Origin: Hyphochytrium catenoides | Lineage: Eukaryota; Protista; Hyphochytriomycota | Assembly (NCBI GenBank): GCA_900088475.1 | Contig: FLMG01001070.1 | Location: forward strand, 1 to 64,000 | Reading direction: 5' to 3' | DNA length: 64,000 bases | Part shown: piece by piece, positions 1 to 14,134 of the stretch | Position numbering within the stretch: the first letter of the stretch is position 1 | Layout: the number at the start of each line of letters is the position of its first letter | Program-made: the position numbers and the translations under genes | The notes under the pieces: generated by a model | Seen by the model: the letters and a program-made list of their open reading frames with translations, nothing else | Databases searched by the model: none | Told to the model about the DNA's origin: nothing

Positions 1-108
1 TTGCAGACCAAGAGCCAATGCTTACAAGCAGATAGTGATAACCTAAGGTTGACAGGAAAAGACTTCATAGCGCCATGTCCGCTCTAGAAAAGCGCACACT
101 CTTCTCAC

Positions 109-149
109 CTCGCAAACTCTTCCGGAAGCCTGCTGCGACTGTCCGTCAT
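109..149 (-). CDS. Possible first exon (MTDSRSRLPEEFA..) of a minus-strand gene running off the left edge
   Basis: ATG at 149 followed by 13 codons and a canonical AG|GTGAG donor at 108; head-to-head with the next gene. No product can be assigned. Confidence 0.3.
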
Positions 150-414
150 GGGGCTTTGCGAGATACTTGCCGTCAGCCTTAGGACTGCGCCCCGGTACTG
201 CTGGAGCCTATGTCGGGAGCGAGCCGTCAGCCTGCATAAAAAGCTTCGTGGGCGTGCCGTTCCTCTCTGCGCTTCAGTTGTCTATCTCTGTCTCTGCTGA
301 GTCTCGATCTGTCTCTCTGCCACTGCAGCAAATGACCCTTTTCCTCTCTTGCTGCCCTGGATCGGTGTTCCCCTCATGCGCACCTTGTCTAGAATGTTGC
401 TGCTCTTCTCATTG

Positions 415-415
<1 letters not shown>

Positions 416-478
<63 letters not shown>

Positions 479-560
479 GTCTCTCTCTCTCCCCCACCTT
501 CTCTCTCTCTCTCTCACTGCATCTCTCTCTGTCTTTCTCTCCGTCTCTCTCTCTCTCTCC
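416..560. repeat. (CT)n/(GA)n microsatellite; similar tracts at 14092-14163, 22981-23060, 30445-30611, 47660-47850, 51509-51705
   Basis: Directly visible dinucleotide runs; they produce the spurious SLSL/ERER ORFs in the ORF track. Confidence 0.97.
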
Positions 561-792
561 GTTCTCGGCTTCATCTCGTCAATCAGCCTGTTGGTTACAT
601 CAAATCTCCTTATTTGGAATAATTGAGTTATTAATCAACAGTAAGGGAACGACTGTACATTTTACAGTACAGTAATTGCGTAAGCCGACTATCCTTCACC
701 ACAGAACTCTTGATTAGGAACTAGGCCAACTATGATCCAGGATCCGTACTCAAAAGAAGCTGCATCCAAACGTCAGAGGGAAAGGATTCTGA

Positions 793-822
793 TGCTGCTG
801 CTGGTGCTGCTGCTGCTGCTGC
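793..822. repeat. (CTG)n trinucleotide repeat
   Basis: tgctgctgctggtgctgctgctgctgctgc. Confidence 0.9.
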
Positions 823-1181
823 TTAGCGTCACTGAACTGATGGCAGGAAGGTCTGGAGACGAGAGAGGAGAGAGAGACAGAGAGAGACAGAGAGAGACAC
901 ACAAAGAGGATGGAACAGAGGGAGGAAAAATAAAGAGAGAGAGGGAAAGAGAATTATAGACCCATGAACCCGATGGATGAGACATTGAGAGTGGGGACAG
1001 AGAAAGCCATCAGCTGAATATCAGAGAAAGAAAGTAGAGGTGGGAGCCACTGGATCCAGCAGGTAGACCAGAGCTAATAAGGCCTCCATACTATTGATAG
1101 CCGCGGCCCGGCTTATTGACAACCAAAGTTCCTGAGAAGATCGCTCTTTGTCACCCTTTAGAGCTGTTCTTTCTACCCTTC

Positions 1182-4100
1182 ATGGCCTCACTCGTCTCCT
1201 CAGTCGAGGAGGCCGGAGCATTGGAGGCTGATGTCGCAGTGATTGGTGGCGGAGTCGTGGGCCTGGCGATTGTCAGGGAGCTGAGCCTGTCTGGGTACCG
1301 TTGCATACTGGCAGAGAAATCCACATTAGTCAGCGGGTGAGGCTTTATTCTCCATTTCTTTGGAAGCTCCGCCCCTCCTGCTTGACGATCATGCTAGAGC
1401 TCGGACTCCCGTCTGCTGGTCGACAAAACAGAACTGTGTCTCTGTCTCATAATTTGTGGCCTTCTCATCCTTCGCCCACGTCTCTACCCTTTTTTCTTAG
1501 AACTACACCTCCATATCTCTCTATTTTGCAAGCGTTCTCATCCTCTCTCTCTCTCTCTCGCTCGCTCTCTCTCTTTCTCTCCACACGAACACCTATCACC
1601 TTGTCAGCGCTAGCTCAGGGAACTCGGGCATTGTCTGTACGGGTTATGATGCTCCGGCCAACAGCCTGGAGGTGGGAGCCTCCCACGTTCCGTATTCACC
1701 CCACTATCCACACACCGTATTCCTCGTCCTTGCCATACTCTTTCTCTTGTTCTTCCTTCCTCTCTCCTTCTCTTTTCTCTGTCTGGTTTATCTCCTCCCT
1801 TCCCAAGTAAGGCTGGTGGTCACAACATTGTCTTCTCTGTCTCTCCACCGTTCTTGGCTCTCTTCTAATATCCTTTCTCACGTCTCTTGCCTATCTCCCT
1901 ATCTGCCGGATCAGCGTCGACTTCTCGCTCGGAGTTATCGTCTCCTGGCAGGAGGTGAAGCAGGGTCGCCAGAGGGGCTACTTCGAGCTTGGAAGGTTCC
2001 GCATAAGAGGAGCGGTAGCCTCATTGTGGCCTGGACGAACGAGGAACTCTCTCGTCTACCAGGTGTGCCTCTGTGTGTCTCTCTTATTTCTATCGCTACC
2101 TCCCAGGCGTTGACTCTTTTCTCCCCCTGCTCTGTTCCTGCTCCCTCTCTCGGCTCTGGCTTTCTTCTTTCTCTCTTCTCCTCGAATGAACGGCATTAAG
2201 TCATAAGTCTCTCAGTAGTTCGTGAGATTGACCCATATCGTTTGCTCGGTCTCTCCTCCCAAATATTCGCTCTAAATATTCGTAAATACCTTTGGCTTCA
2301 GAGATTCTAAAGGAAGTCCATGAGGCCGGTAAGGCTAAGAGAGAGAGAGAGAGAGAGAGAGAGTAAAGCCACTTAGCTCCGCGCGCATTGCTCGTTAGAA
2401 CTCGTCCTCCGTATCCCCAGCTAAATTGTTCTGTTAGCCTTTGAATGACCGTCAAAGTGGTCTTTATTGTGCTTCGGTAACTCTACCTTCCTCTTTGCCT
2501 ACTCTTACTCTCTTGATCATGTCTTTCCGCAGGAGACACTTCTTCCCGCATTGTGTCTGGCGCGGAGTTACGTGATATGGAGCCCAACTTGTCGTCTCAG
2601 GCTCTGGGAGGGTTACACGTCGCGGGGGAGATCGTCTTAGACCCTTGGCTATACTGTGCTGCTCTTGCCCTGGATGCTGAAAATAACGGTGCAGCTTATC
2701 GCCGTCTCCTTGGCAGTCATCTTTATCCTTTTCTGTAAAGCCTTCTCTCCACTACCTTTTGTGCAGTCTGGCTTGCCCGTCTTTCTCGTCCAGTGCTAAA
2801 CCTACAGGGTTTTACGGTAAGCACATACCTTCGGGCTTACATATTATCTGCTGTCATCACCTAGGCGCGCTTCTTTTAGAGCACTGGGAGGTCGCGAGTT
2901 GCGAGCGAGGTGAGCTCCCTGGTGCCATTGACTCTACTGATTACGGAAGAGGAGACAATCACAAGGAAGGAGAAGGCAGGGTCGAGAAGGGTTGGATATT
3001 AAGGTCGAGCCTCAGCCGAAGGACCATCCGGAGCCGTTTAGTGGTTAATTGTGGAGGGCTATGGGGAGACAAGGTGGAGAAAGCACGGGAAACAGTGCCG
3101 CATTTTCAGGTCTTGTGCAGCTTCGTCGTCACAGTTCCCGGTAATCCGGGATAAGTTCTCCGGTTGTCAATCGGCCCTTCTCCTCTCGTGCGAGGCCATC
3201 TTTTGTTCCTCTTCTTGTCTATAAAATAACATTTCCTGGGCGGCCTAGCACGACATCTATCAACCCCATCCCTTAAGATGTTTCTCAGTCATACTCTTCC
3301 GTCTTCTTACCTTTGTCAGTCAATGTCGCATTCTCTCTGGACTTAATGCAACCACTTAACACCATGTTTTTTCTTAGATACATCCTCGCAAAGGGCAGTA
3401 CTTGATCATGGAGGCTGACGAAGTGCAGCAAGCGCCTCTTCTACATCACCCAATTCAGCCAATACCTTCAGACAGGACCAAAGGTGCGGGGACATCACTG
3501 ATTAGACGTCGTCATTCTCTAATGTCCTTCCTCCTTACATTGTGCAATAGTTGGACCACAATGTTCATTAGTGGGCAATGCTTGACGCTTCTTAACCTAT
3601 TGTCAGGTGTTTATGTCTTTCCATCACTCTACGGACAAATCCTTGTGGGGCCTACTGCTGAAGACTGCGAAGAGAGGGAGCGGAAGAAGGAGTTGGCAGA
3701 TCCAAAAATAGCTGCCCTCCTTTTTGAGCACGGAAAGCGCGTTGTACCGCGCTTAATAACAGCAAAAGTGGTGGGCGAGTATGTAGGTATTAGACCTGCC
3801 ACTCAATATAGAGATTATCAGATCAAGGTGAGCCCCTGTCTGGCTGGTCGACCTGGGCTCCTAAAAGGGCGGGGGCAAGCGTATGACTATGGGACAAGCG
3901 GAGATAGAGGGCAGTATAACAGACAAAGGACGGACGAAAAGAGAGGACTTAAAACTTTGCAACAAAGAGAGGAGTGACGGGGAGCGAAGTGCTGTGAGGA
4001 GGAGGGTCGGTGATTAATATAGCAGAATCTAACCCAGGGATCGTCTCCACAGCTGGACATCGAGAGCAACTGGATCACCGTGGCAGGTGGATATATATCA

Positions 4101-4547
4101 GATACAGATCTCCTTCCTATTCGTCTAATAATGCTTGCATATTGAATGTTAAGCGTGTCGCACTTCCGTCTTATCCTTCCAGATCTCTCTGTCTTATGAC
4201 TAGTGCTATTGGACTTATATCTAAATGTACTCTCGTGTCTGACATGACCTGTAGGGATTAGAAGCACTGGTCTTAGCGCATCCGCTGGCATAGCGGAGTA
4301 TGTGAAAGAGCTTGTGCAGGAATCAATTGGCGATTCCCTTTCTTCCATGCCGCCAAGTGGACCCATGCCTCCAAGCTCTTTATTGTCTAACGGCCGCGCC
4401 CCTACATCTCTTCCTTCGACTGCTGAACTACTACGTGGCTGGTCACAGACTGATCACTCCTTAACGCTTGGTAGGAGAAGGATGATAGTAACGCATCCGA
4501 TCACTATCCTCGGTTGGCAACGCTTGCAGAGGCATGGGAAGCTATGA
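1182..4547 (+). CDS. FAD-dependent oxidoreductase, DAO / L-2-hydroxyglutarate dehydrogenase / GlpA-like family (multi-exon)
   Basis: Spliced exons give DVAVIGGGVVG (Rossmann), GASSGNSGIVCTGYDAP, RSGSLIVAW, VVNCGGLWGD, PRKGQY, GVYVFPSLYGQILVGPTAED, YVGIRPA, GIRSTGLSASAGIAEYV; GT-AG boundaries; stop TGA 4545-4547. Confidence 0.9.
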
Positions 4548-4925
4548 CAGTGTTATTCTTCAACGGGCAAGATCCTTTCTCTGACAGTCCCAAGAAAGAG
4601 ACAATATAAGGGATCCGACACTGTACCCTAAATGGCCTCAAAGCACGGTAGGTGCAATTGAGGGTTTGACAGCTGCTTCTAGCCGCACACAGTGGTGCTC
4701 TTGAGGTACGGGTGAGTAGTGGTCGCACTATCAACAGCGTCCTCGTTTGGCTTACAGCTCATAAGGCTCAGCATCCTTTTGATGTTTGAAGTTATTGTTG
4801 ACACATCTAGTCTCAGTGGCAGGCAACGTCCGAACTCTATTAGTAGTATTACGGAACTCCAGCATTATATTGCCACAGTCCCATCCGTCTCCTTCTCGAC
4901 GTCCTGTCCTAAATGTTCAGCTACC

Positions 4926-7900
4926 CTAAAAGCCTGGACCTTCTCGTAGCAGTGGACGGGTTTCCCGATCCAAATAGGCCAAAGTGCGAGAATCATCCTG
5001 CATGCAGAGAGTGGTGTCAGGAAGGGTAACTCCAGGCACAGCCTAGAATACACTCCATACGGAGACAGCTTTACGGCAAAGACCCTAAAGTCACGAAGGA
5101 GGCTAGACAAGACATTGAGCAAAAAGAGAAAGCAGCGCCCAGAAGGCTGGTGCGTGAGTAACTGTCAATTCATGGACGAAACCAGCATCTATCGAGAGCA
5201 AGAAGTAGTTTCCATCACAGCTTTCACTGATGGATGAGCCGTTTCGATATAATTTGCATTGTCTCCAATATTCAACTCTTACCTTCAGAAGCGGCGTGAG
5301 CACGCTTCTGCACCATTGATTGTAGTTGTTCAACCAGGAGAGCTCTTTGTCGGTTAGGAGTCCGCAGTCCACTAGATTAAGGGCGATCGGAACTGCTGTT
5401 ATGGTCTCAAAGCTGCAAAACTTGCCGAGCTCCGTAGCTGGAGGAGCCAACTCTGGATATCGCGGTACTCGGGTTACCTTAAGGAGAGGAATTCGTCAGA
5501 AATAGGAGGGCAAGCATCTCTGGGCGATACGTTTAGTCGTAGAGGATCAATGGTACTTTGAGGCGTGAGGCCGGTACAGCAGACGCGGACAGGATGCCTT
5601 TCATATTCAAAGCCCGTATGAAGAGGTAGGGTTTCCAAGAGTGACGATTGAGGAGGAGCACAAAAATAATGAGGGCACAGCTGGACTCCCCATATGAGGA
5701 GGCTGTGCAACCATCAAGAGTAAGGCACCTACCTCCTTACAGATACAAACTGTCTCTATCCGAATACCGAAGCTCCCAGTCTGGTAGTATCCCGGTTCAT
5801 TACTCGTCGTCATCCCAGGCTCAAAGCCGGCTTCGTAGGTAGTAGCGTCGCGTAGGGCAATGCCTTGAGGGCCCTCATGGACGTTGAGAAATGCTCCGAC
5901 ACCTTTAGCGAGGAGATTAAAAGAAGAGGTAAATGAGGCAAGTGTGGCACATGGTTGAAGTGGAACGTCTCAAATAAGGTAGGAGTTGACATCCTCTTAG
6001 TCAGAGAGAGAGGGGGAACTCTTCAGTGGAGGTGACGGAAACGACTACAGAGCCCTAGGAAAGTAGTGCGGGACTCTTCTCTAACTGACCGTGGCCTGTG
6101 CCATGCTTGTAATCCAGCCCGGAGTCCCATAGGGCCAGTCGAGCGAGAGCGTCAATATATTTCCCTTTGACACCCTGACATAGGGACGTCAGATCAGATA
6201 AAGACAAGGAATATTAACGCCGGGTGGTCTCTCCCTCTTGGAAGTTTCTTAGGCCATACCACCCGGCAAGAGAAAACAGCAGACTTGGAAACCTCGCATT
6301 AAAGTAGAAGGAAGAGGTCATCACCTTAGGAAAGACTGCAGTGGCAATGCCAATGTGACCCTTGAGCACCCGAGTGTAGCATTCCTTATGCCAAGGATTA
6401 GGCTTGCCAAGGTGGATAGTCCTAACAATTGCACGAGTGACACGTTAGGTAAAGATACTCTTAACCCGAAATTTCCTGTGTGGAGACAACAAGGAGTCCA
6501 TAGGATTGTAGTGTGAATAGGTGGGAAAATATGGAGAAAGAACCCCGAATCATCGATTGAGTGGGACCTGGTGACGTCCGTTGTTCCATCAACGTATTGG
6601 GCTCCTGAGTCGAGTAGTAACGGAGCATCAGTGCCTATGACGGCGCATGATTCGGGTACGGCCTGTAAGCACCAATGCAGCCAATAGCGTTGCAATATAT
6701 CAAGTGCAGGGAGCAGGTTAGACCCTAGGAGGCACTATATAAGAGTGGTGTGACCGATCATAGTTGTTCCTGACCTTGTAGTGGATGATGGCGCCGTTGG
6801 GTCCATAGCCAGCAATGGTCTCAAAACTCAAGCTTACAAAACCTTCTTCTTGCTTACGGAACTCTTCCAGCTTATCAGCTATTGAGCACTTGGAAATGAC
6901 AGCAAATGTCAAGAGAGTAAGGAGTTTGAGATCTAGAGTGAGCTTGAAGAAGGTTGTCGAGCTCACCTCAGTTAGCGGCCATCCCATGCCAAGCCCCTGA
7001 CCCTGCTGTCCCTGCTCTACTGCGTCTTCAAGCCATGCCAGAAACCGCACAACTGCCGCTCCATCTCGAAGATGGGCCTGGCGGAGACCTTCAAGCTCTG
7101 CCTCGTTCTTCACACTCTTTAGCATTGCGATTGGGCTCTGCTCCTGTGAAAGAGATAAGTTTCCGGAAGACCATGCATCCCTGTCTGCTATGAACCCGAA
7201 CACTAAATCCTCTGTCTCCTAACCCGGACTTTCCTACTAGCACTTCCTTTTTGACGGTCTACCTCAAGCAAGATGACGCCAACGCCTTCTAGAGCGTTGC
7301 TAAGGGCTAAACTTGTGGTGTGTGGGTCAACCATGCACTTGGACTCTGGGTAGCATTTAGTGCGAGTAAGCTACCGATAAATGACTTCAAGAGGGAAACT
7401 AGCAAGACTGACCTTTGGGCAAGTTTTTGAGATGGTCGAGAATGGCATCATACGGCATTATCCTGACCTCTGTGGGGAGATGGTCCCGAACCTGGCGTGA
7501 AGGCGGAATAGAGATGCTAGTGAATAAAGGAGGATAATGACCGAAAGGACACAGTTCTGTAGGCGAGTCGCACAGCATTCAGTAAAGTGCGCAGCTGGGG
7601 AATATGCTCTTTGTCGTACCTCTCCGCTTAGCTTTGAGTCGTCAACAAAGATGATAGACTGGTTCATAGTGACCACGGCGTAGGCCATGAACACAGGGTT
7701 GTAGTCAATATCAGAGCCGCGAAGGTTAAAGAGCCAGGCAATCTCATCCAGGCTTGAGAGAACCAAGGTCTCGGCACCCTGATGTGATTTCCTCTTTAGG
7801 CCACAACAAAAATGAGAGAAAGAGATCCATGTCCCTACCTTGTCTTGCATCTTTTTCCTAATCTCAACCAGTTTTGCTGTCGTATCCTTGCCTGCATATG

Positions 7901-8719
7901 AGATTAGAAGACTAGCATTTACTTGCTCCAACAACAAAAGGAAATAGGAAGGGAGATATGAGCCGGCATACGCGAGGATTGGAAGGCTCCAACAAACAAG
8001 CAAAAGGTCATCGACTGTAAGTAGGCACACCTGCAAGGGACAAAGGATGCACTTGGAGTGGGTTTGCTGGAGCTGCAGGTTGGTCATTCCCCCATAATGT
8101 GTCCACCGGATTAGTCACAGTGGGAACTACATTCACCCCAGTCTTCGAGAGCTTTTCTTTCCACTTCCTTGCGGATGCGAGCGTGACTAGGTAGGGATCA
8201 ATGCCAACCTTCTCGCCTGGTGATGCATTGAGCTATTACACTGCGCTGAGAGTAATAGATGGTCTTGGCAGCCTGTCATAGCCATCCATTCGTACCTTTC
8301 TTCAGCTCTTTGACAAGCCAGTCCTCAATGGACGGCGTCTCTGGATCTCCAGCTTTCATCAGCTCCCAATCTGCAGCCATTTGGGCTCTAGCCTGCACCC
8401 AGTACCTGCCATCAGTCCAAAGAGCCGCTTTCGACGCTGTCACCACCGCGGTGCCTGAGAGAAGAAAGTTATTAGCAGCATGACTATTGAGAGCTTATCG
8501 TCTCTCAAGCTCTCCATTTCCGGCTATAGTACCTGCAGAACCAGTGAACTCGGTCAAAAAAGCTCTACGCTTATCCCTGTCAGTCACATATTCCGACTGA
8601 TGTGCGTCGGCCGAGCCACAGACAAAAGCATCAACGCCAATGGCAGCGAGAATCTCTCTGAACTTGGTAAGCTTCTGTCCAGCTCGGACGACTTGCTTGG
8701 TGCCGCTAGACGTAGCCAT
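4926..8719 (-). CDS. Xaa-Pro aminopeptidase (aminopeptidase P, M24B; multi-exon)
   Basis: ADAHQSEYV..RRAFLTEFTGSAG, WTDGRY, LDEIAWLFNLRGSDIDYNPVF, LLDSGAQYVDGTTDVTR, HGTGH, SNEPGYY..GSFGIRIE; last exon DDSRTLAYLDRETRPLLREGPGF* ends at 4926. Confidence 0.95.
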
Positions 8720-9330
8720 TCCTCTCCAGATCACGCGGTGAACTTCACAACTGGTCCTATTTGCTGCCTTAGAATCTCCAGAATGGCTCGCGCAGTTCTG
8801 ATCTCAACTGAAGATCTGAAGAGCTTCATCTTCATCTTTGTCTCCCAGCAAATCTTCAGAATCCTTTTTATTCAGAACCAAGGCGGAATATTATAAGGTG
8901 GGCCCCTACCTATTGTACCACGGTATCTGTATAGCTATCAGAATAGCGGCATATCTTTAGGGACAACCCTTCCTCTTACCTCTTACCACATCACACTCCG
9001 GATCTGCAAATCATAAGTGTCAGTTATCTCTCGGCGAATTGATTAGTTATCCCAAAGTCCCACCCATCCCCAGCTCACTGTCAATACAGCTAGTGTAGAC
9101 GGTTCGATAGGGGTGGCCCACGCACCTATGGTTTTCTGGTGGTTTGGTGGCGCAATCAGCTTGAGATGCTATCACCCACGCTGGCATGATCAGAGCTTCA
9201 CACCTCCAGTCTTGGTGTGCTCAACAGCAGATGTGAAGCTCGGAGACTCGAAAGTCTCTAACTTCCTCTTTGAAGTGAAGAGCTCTCACTCTCTGTGGCA
9301 CGTGTCGTGGTGTAGGAAAAGTCAGGAAGT

Positions 9331-10277
9331 ATGTTGGGGCCATTGAGGTCGCGGCTCGCGCCGAGCCTCCGAACGGGACTTACTCCAGGCTTGGGCTCAG
9401 GCACATCCTTCCGACTAATGGGCCTTAGTCAAGGCAAGCCAATGTCGACGATGTCGTCTGCAATTACTGACACGGGCCACAGACGCTACGTTCCCAAGAG
9501 TGAGCGCCTAGTAATCAAAAGCCCAGTCAAAAAGTAAGCTCGCACGGTGAATCCAACTATCTGTGAGGTACGGACTAAAGTGCGTTTTTCTCTCTCCGCC
9601 ATAACAGAGCCTCCAGCCTGTTAGCAGATCTCCAAAAAGAGCTTGCGGAGAGCAAACCTATAGTTAAACAATGGGACTTCAAGATTGGTGATGCTATTGA
9701 AGTGACGGTAGGGTTTACTTTTGTCCTATTCGCTTCGTTCAGATGGTGCAAGCTGATTGAACCGCAATCTCTCTCCGGACTTTGGCAGTGGCTGAATACC
9801 ATGGCAGACAAGAAACCCGCCACCTTCCGAGGGGTGGTTCTAGGACGGAAGAACAAAGGCAATGAGAGTGGAGTGCTGATTAGAAATGTAGGTTACAGCT
9901 GCTGCACGTGTCGTTATAGTCTGTTTTGACCGTGCTGCTACTATACTTGCAGCACTACGCTGGGGTATCGTTGGAGCGCTACCTGAAGCTATATTCGCCC
10001 CAGCTTCTTGATATCAAGGTACGCATCTCTTCTCTTGGCAGCTGGGTGTTAGGGGACACAGGGGCATCGAAGTCGGTTGCTAGTAATCTTCCATTTGAGC
10101 GTGACTGCTAGCCAACCCTTTCTAAGAGCGGTGTATTATTTCTATTCTGTCCTAAAGGTCTTGAAAACGGCTGCAATCCATGAAAAGAACCCCAAGAAGA
10201 AGCGAGGGAAGCGTGTACGAAGAGCCAAGGTCTACTACATCCGCAACTGTCCGCCTTCGTGGTCCACAGTAGGGTAA
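9331..10277 (+). CDS. MRPL19: Organellar (probably mitochondrial) ribosomal protein bL19, 5 exons
   Basis: R/S/L-rich transit-like N-terminus; DFKIGDAIEV, FRGVVLGRKNKG, LERYLKLYSPQLLDIKV, RVRRAKVYYIR. Confidence 0.9.
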
Positions 10278-10995
10278 AGATCGACTGTTCTCACGCTCCT
10301 ACTATTAATCGAGTTGTACATAAACTGATATCAGTGCCTTTCGTGAAGCCTATAACGATGGGGAATGTAAGGGCAGTAGGTTCCTAGTAGTAGACTTTTG
10401 GGTTATGAAGCCATCATGGCAACAATGGCCGCCAATAGAGTCAAAGCCCCAAGGTAAAGGTCCCAGTAGTTTGCTTTTGACTTCCACGCATACGATAACT
10501 AACTCTCGGAAGGACGACCAAAGATAGGGAAGTCGGGCTCAGTAGTTCCTAGTGATTGAAGTAGGCTAACTAGGAAGCACATGCCTCCTGGCGGGCAGTC
10601 TGCCCAGCCGTCGCCAATTAATCCTGTTTACCTAGGTTCAACCCAAGAACTCTGGGACCTGGGACCTAACCTGAGAGAGCGGGTAACCGCCATGATCTCT
10701 CCCTATACATCAGAATGCAGAAGGAAGTTTAACACTCTAATAACCGCCCCCAGAGCAAGTCTGAAAGATCCTGATACCGCGGGCCTGTCAACAAATCATC
10801 TGCGGCTCTGCGGCTGTTCCGATGAAACCTTTTCACCGACCCTACTAGTAAGGGCAGCGCGAAGCTCGGCTTAAGGGGGCCGTGAAGTCCCTCGGCGACC
10901 AAGTTCGTGACTTTATTTAGCAACCTTTAGATAGAGCTAGAGGACGGAGGCAAAGGACATATAAACGGCTTTAGGGTGACTGACGGAAGACAAGC

Positions 10996-12427
10996 ATGTT
11001 AGGTGAAAGGCTTACTTCTTCGCAAGCTGCGAAGGCTACTTGGATGGCCATATCGCTATATAGTTTTTCGGCATTCCTGAGGCCAAGTGAGAGCCACTGT
11101 CAGCGAGAGCCAGCTCAACCTGAAAGGGCGTCCTCACAATCACTAGATGGAGAATTTCTGCCTCCTCGCAATCTAGGGAGGAAAAGGAGCCGTTCAGAGA
11201 AGAAACGGGCCCCCAGTCTTCTTGTCAGTCGTGCGGCTGCCCGAGGCGACCGGTCTCATATGGAAGACACAAACGTCGTAGCGCTGGAGAATCGCTTTCT
11301 TGCTGTGTTTGACGGGTGAGTCCTGTGACATAGACTACATTGACACTTTCTATTAAGAGGCTTGTGGTACACTCACTTCTTAGGCACGGAGGAGCCGATG
11401 TTTCAAAATACCTTCGCAACGGATTCTATGCCAAACTTGCCGCCAAATTCCCATCAATGATCAGCCCCAATACCATTGATGAGGATATTACCAAGGTGTA
11501 TCTGGAAGAGACAGTAAATGAGATTGATACTGAAATATGTGCAAGAGAAGATATGCATGAACAAGGGTCAACCGCAGTTATAGCGCTAATTGGGGATGAG
11601 TATATCTGGACTGTAAACGTAGGGGACTCTCGTGCTTTCCTTTGTAGCGGAGGCTCCGTTCGGAGCGAGACGAAGGATCACAAGCCTGACGACCCCATGG
11701 AGAGGCAACGTATAGAAAGTGTCGGTGGCAAGGTGATCTGGGTTGGCTGGACCGACCCCGAGGGCAACCCTATCAAAGACTTTGGCGCCTACCGCATGAA
11801 CGGCAACCTCGGTCAGATGCTCACACTTACTCCCTACATATTCTTGCGCAAGTCTGCCTCACATCGTACTCTGGTGACGCCTTCCTAGAGTTGGTTGGGT
11901 TTGCTCTTGTTTCAAGCGAGGGCAGCTAATCCGTTCGCCTCGTATTCCCGTTTCTGTGGCTCTTTGTGTTTCTGTGGCTCTTTTGGCTCCCGAATCCTTT
12001 TCAATAGTTAACACTAAGATTTCTGTCGACAGCTGTGGCACGATCAATAGGGGACAAGTATGAACGTCCTTACGTCACCAGTACCCCGGACATTGTAAAG
12101 CTAAAACGGGACCCCGACCGCGATGATTTCATGGTTCTCGCTTCAGATGGTCTCTGGGATGTCATGGACCCGCAGGACGTACTGAAGTTCGTCCGAGGGA
12201 TTCTTTCCAGCTCGGCCATTGGGGCGAGAGGGACGTGGAGGAATGCTCCGCAGGAGTCGAGTCAAGTCTCCATGAAAGAGTGGACCAGACAATATGGAAC
12301 GGATAGGACGATGATAAAGGCTGTCTTTCGTAAGAGAAAAGAAAACATGGCGGAGTACCTAGTAGAGGAAGCTCTAAATCGCGGCTCGTGTGACAATATC
12401 ACTGTTGTCATAGTGTTTTTTCATTAG
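10996..12427 (+). CDS. Protein phosphatase 2C (PPM family), 3 exons
   Basis: RSHMED, AVFDG|HGG, GSTAV, NVGDSRA, DHKP, ARSIGD, LASDGLWDV, GSCDNITV. Confidence 0.95.
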
Positions 12428-14090
12428 CGGAGAACTAGCGAAGGTAAGGCACGGTGCACCAGGTAGCAAAGAGCGAAGCCATCTCTAACTGAAACTTGAT
12501 TCCTTCATACAGCTACTGTGCCAGATTTGCAGATGAAAGGGGGAGTACTACGATGGGAACTTTTGGCAAGGATCGGGGGGGGGTCCGTGAGGAAAGTCTA
12601 ACACAGCATGGTGTCGAGATTGACCAGTACTCTGAGACCTGTGAAGAAATGCCTTTATTCTTACTCGTCAATACGCGTACGTAGGCACAGAGTGACACAG
12701 CTCAAGAACTAGCCATAGGGACGTGCCAGAGCCACAGGGCTACTCCATAATAGGCCAAGTATAGTTGGCATACACAGTTGACAGACACAATTAGCAGAGC
12801 AACATGCCCTCCTTATGTTCTAGCGAGCAAGGTCATCTGTCCTAGTGATGTGATGAAATCAGCACATCCTTGCCGTCATGCGAAAGCAGGCTTGCAGAGA
12901 TTGAGAGGACCCCAACAAACTCCAATGGTAGCTTATAACTCACCTCGAGTTCTTAAGGAACTCTGAACAAGAGAACTCACTAGGCAGCTTGAGACACAGT
13001 TGCTTTGGAGCTCTAGTGGTGCTCTTGATGATTGCATGGTTCCTGAACGAAGGAGACAGCAGCGAGCAGCGCGTTAAGATAGAGAGCAGCAAGTGCACTT
13101 ATTCCTGCTGCTTCTTGAGGCAAGGTGACGTTTGGGCAGGCACGAGACAGTCTGTGATAAAACAGTAACTGTTCAGACCTCCGGCTGCCCGCTAACGGTC
13201 CTATATTGGTTGTGGAGCAGACTCTGACTGACTGCAGCTGTCATTTTGGCCAGATGATATTTATGATAACAGTCACGAGAACAGTAATGAATGGGAAGAT
13301 TAGTCGTTCTTATTCTGCATCGCTCAGTCCAATTGGGATACAAAATTTTAGGGGCAGGAACCGCCACTTGCACCAGGATTGAAGTCGTAGATTAACCGCC
13401 AAGAGCTTCTCTTCTCTGTAAAGCCAGTTCCCTATGTAGACCCAATAATACGCCGCTTAGGTTGGGCTTTCAAGGCAATACAAAGGATCTGAGTCCATTA
13501 ATCCTCCGCCTTATTAGTTTGTCCTCCACGTATCGAATAGGTACCAGATCCCAACTCGTACTCCGCCAGGGTCTTTGTGAATCCATCTCTCTCTCTCCCT
13601 TTCCCTCCTTCTTCCCTCCTTGTACTTTCGATCTTCTACAAAACAGAACATGGCCTGCCTCTTCCTCTCTCTCTGCTCCTCTGTCTGTCTCGCTCCTGGC
13701 CTGCTGTACGGGAAGAGCCTGTCTCGCTGAGCTTTACAGTCTATCTCGTGCCTTTCTATCTTCCACGTCCCTGTCTCCCCTCCATAAAGGATGATGGTCA
13801 TCTCTACCTCCTCTGTCTCTCCCCCTCCCGTTTCTGAGTACGTATTGTCTACGAAGATGGACCCACAATCATCCATCTCTTACCTCTCTGTCTGTCGCCT
13901 ACCCTGCCCGCCCTTGTCTCTCTACCATTTTTCCCTCAGTGTTCTATGTCCATCCTTTGTCCCTCCTCTCACTGTGCATTCGCCCACCCCGCACTGTCAG
14001 GACATGCCATGCCGCCTTCTTTATCTAGAGTGTGTTACTAGCCCAGCCCTTCTTGATGGAAAGGAGCATCATCATCTTTGGCCCTGGAAC

Positions 14091-14134
<44 letters not shown>

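Noticed and set aside
167-985. ORFs with SLSLSL/ERERER/poly-L runs (also 13462-14652, 22691-23238, 29725-30800, 51320-52010)
   Set aside because: They are translations of CT/GA/CTG microsatellites in introns, UTRs and intergenic DNA, with no protein motifs.
12496-13400. Possible minus-strand spliced unit (good acceptor near 13043, donor near 12943)
   Set aside because: No continuous reading frame could be assembled; it may be non-coding or chance.
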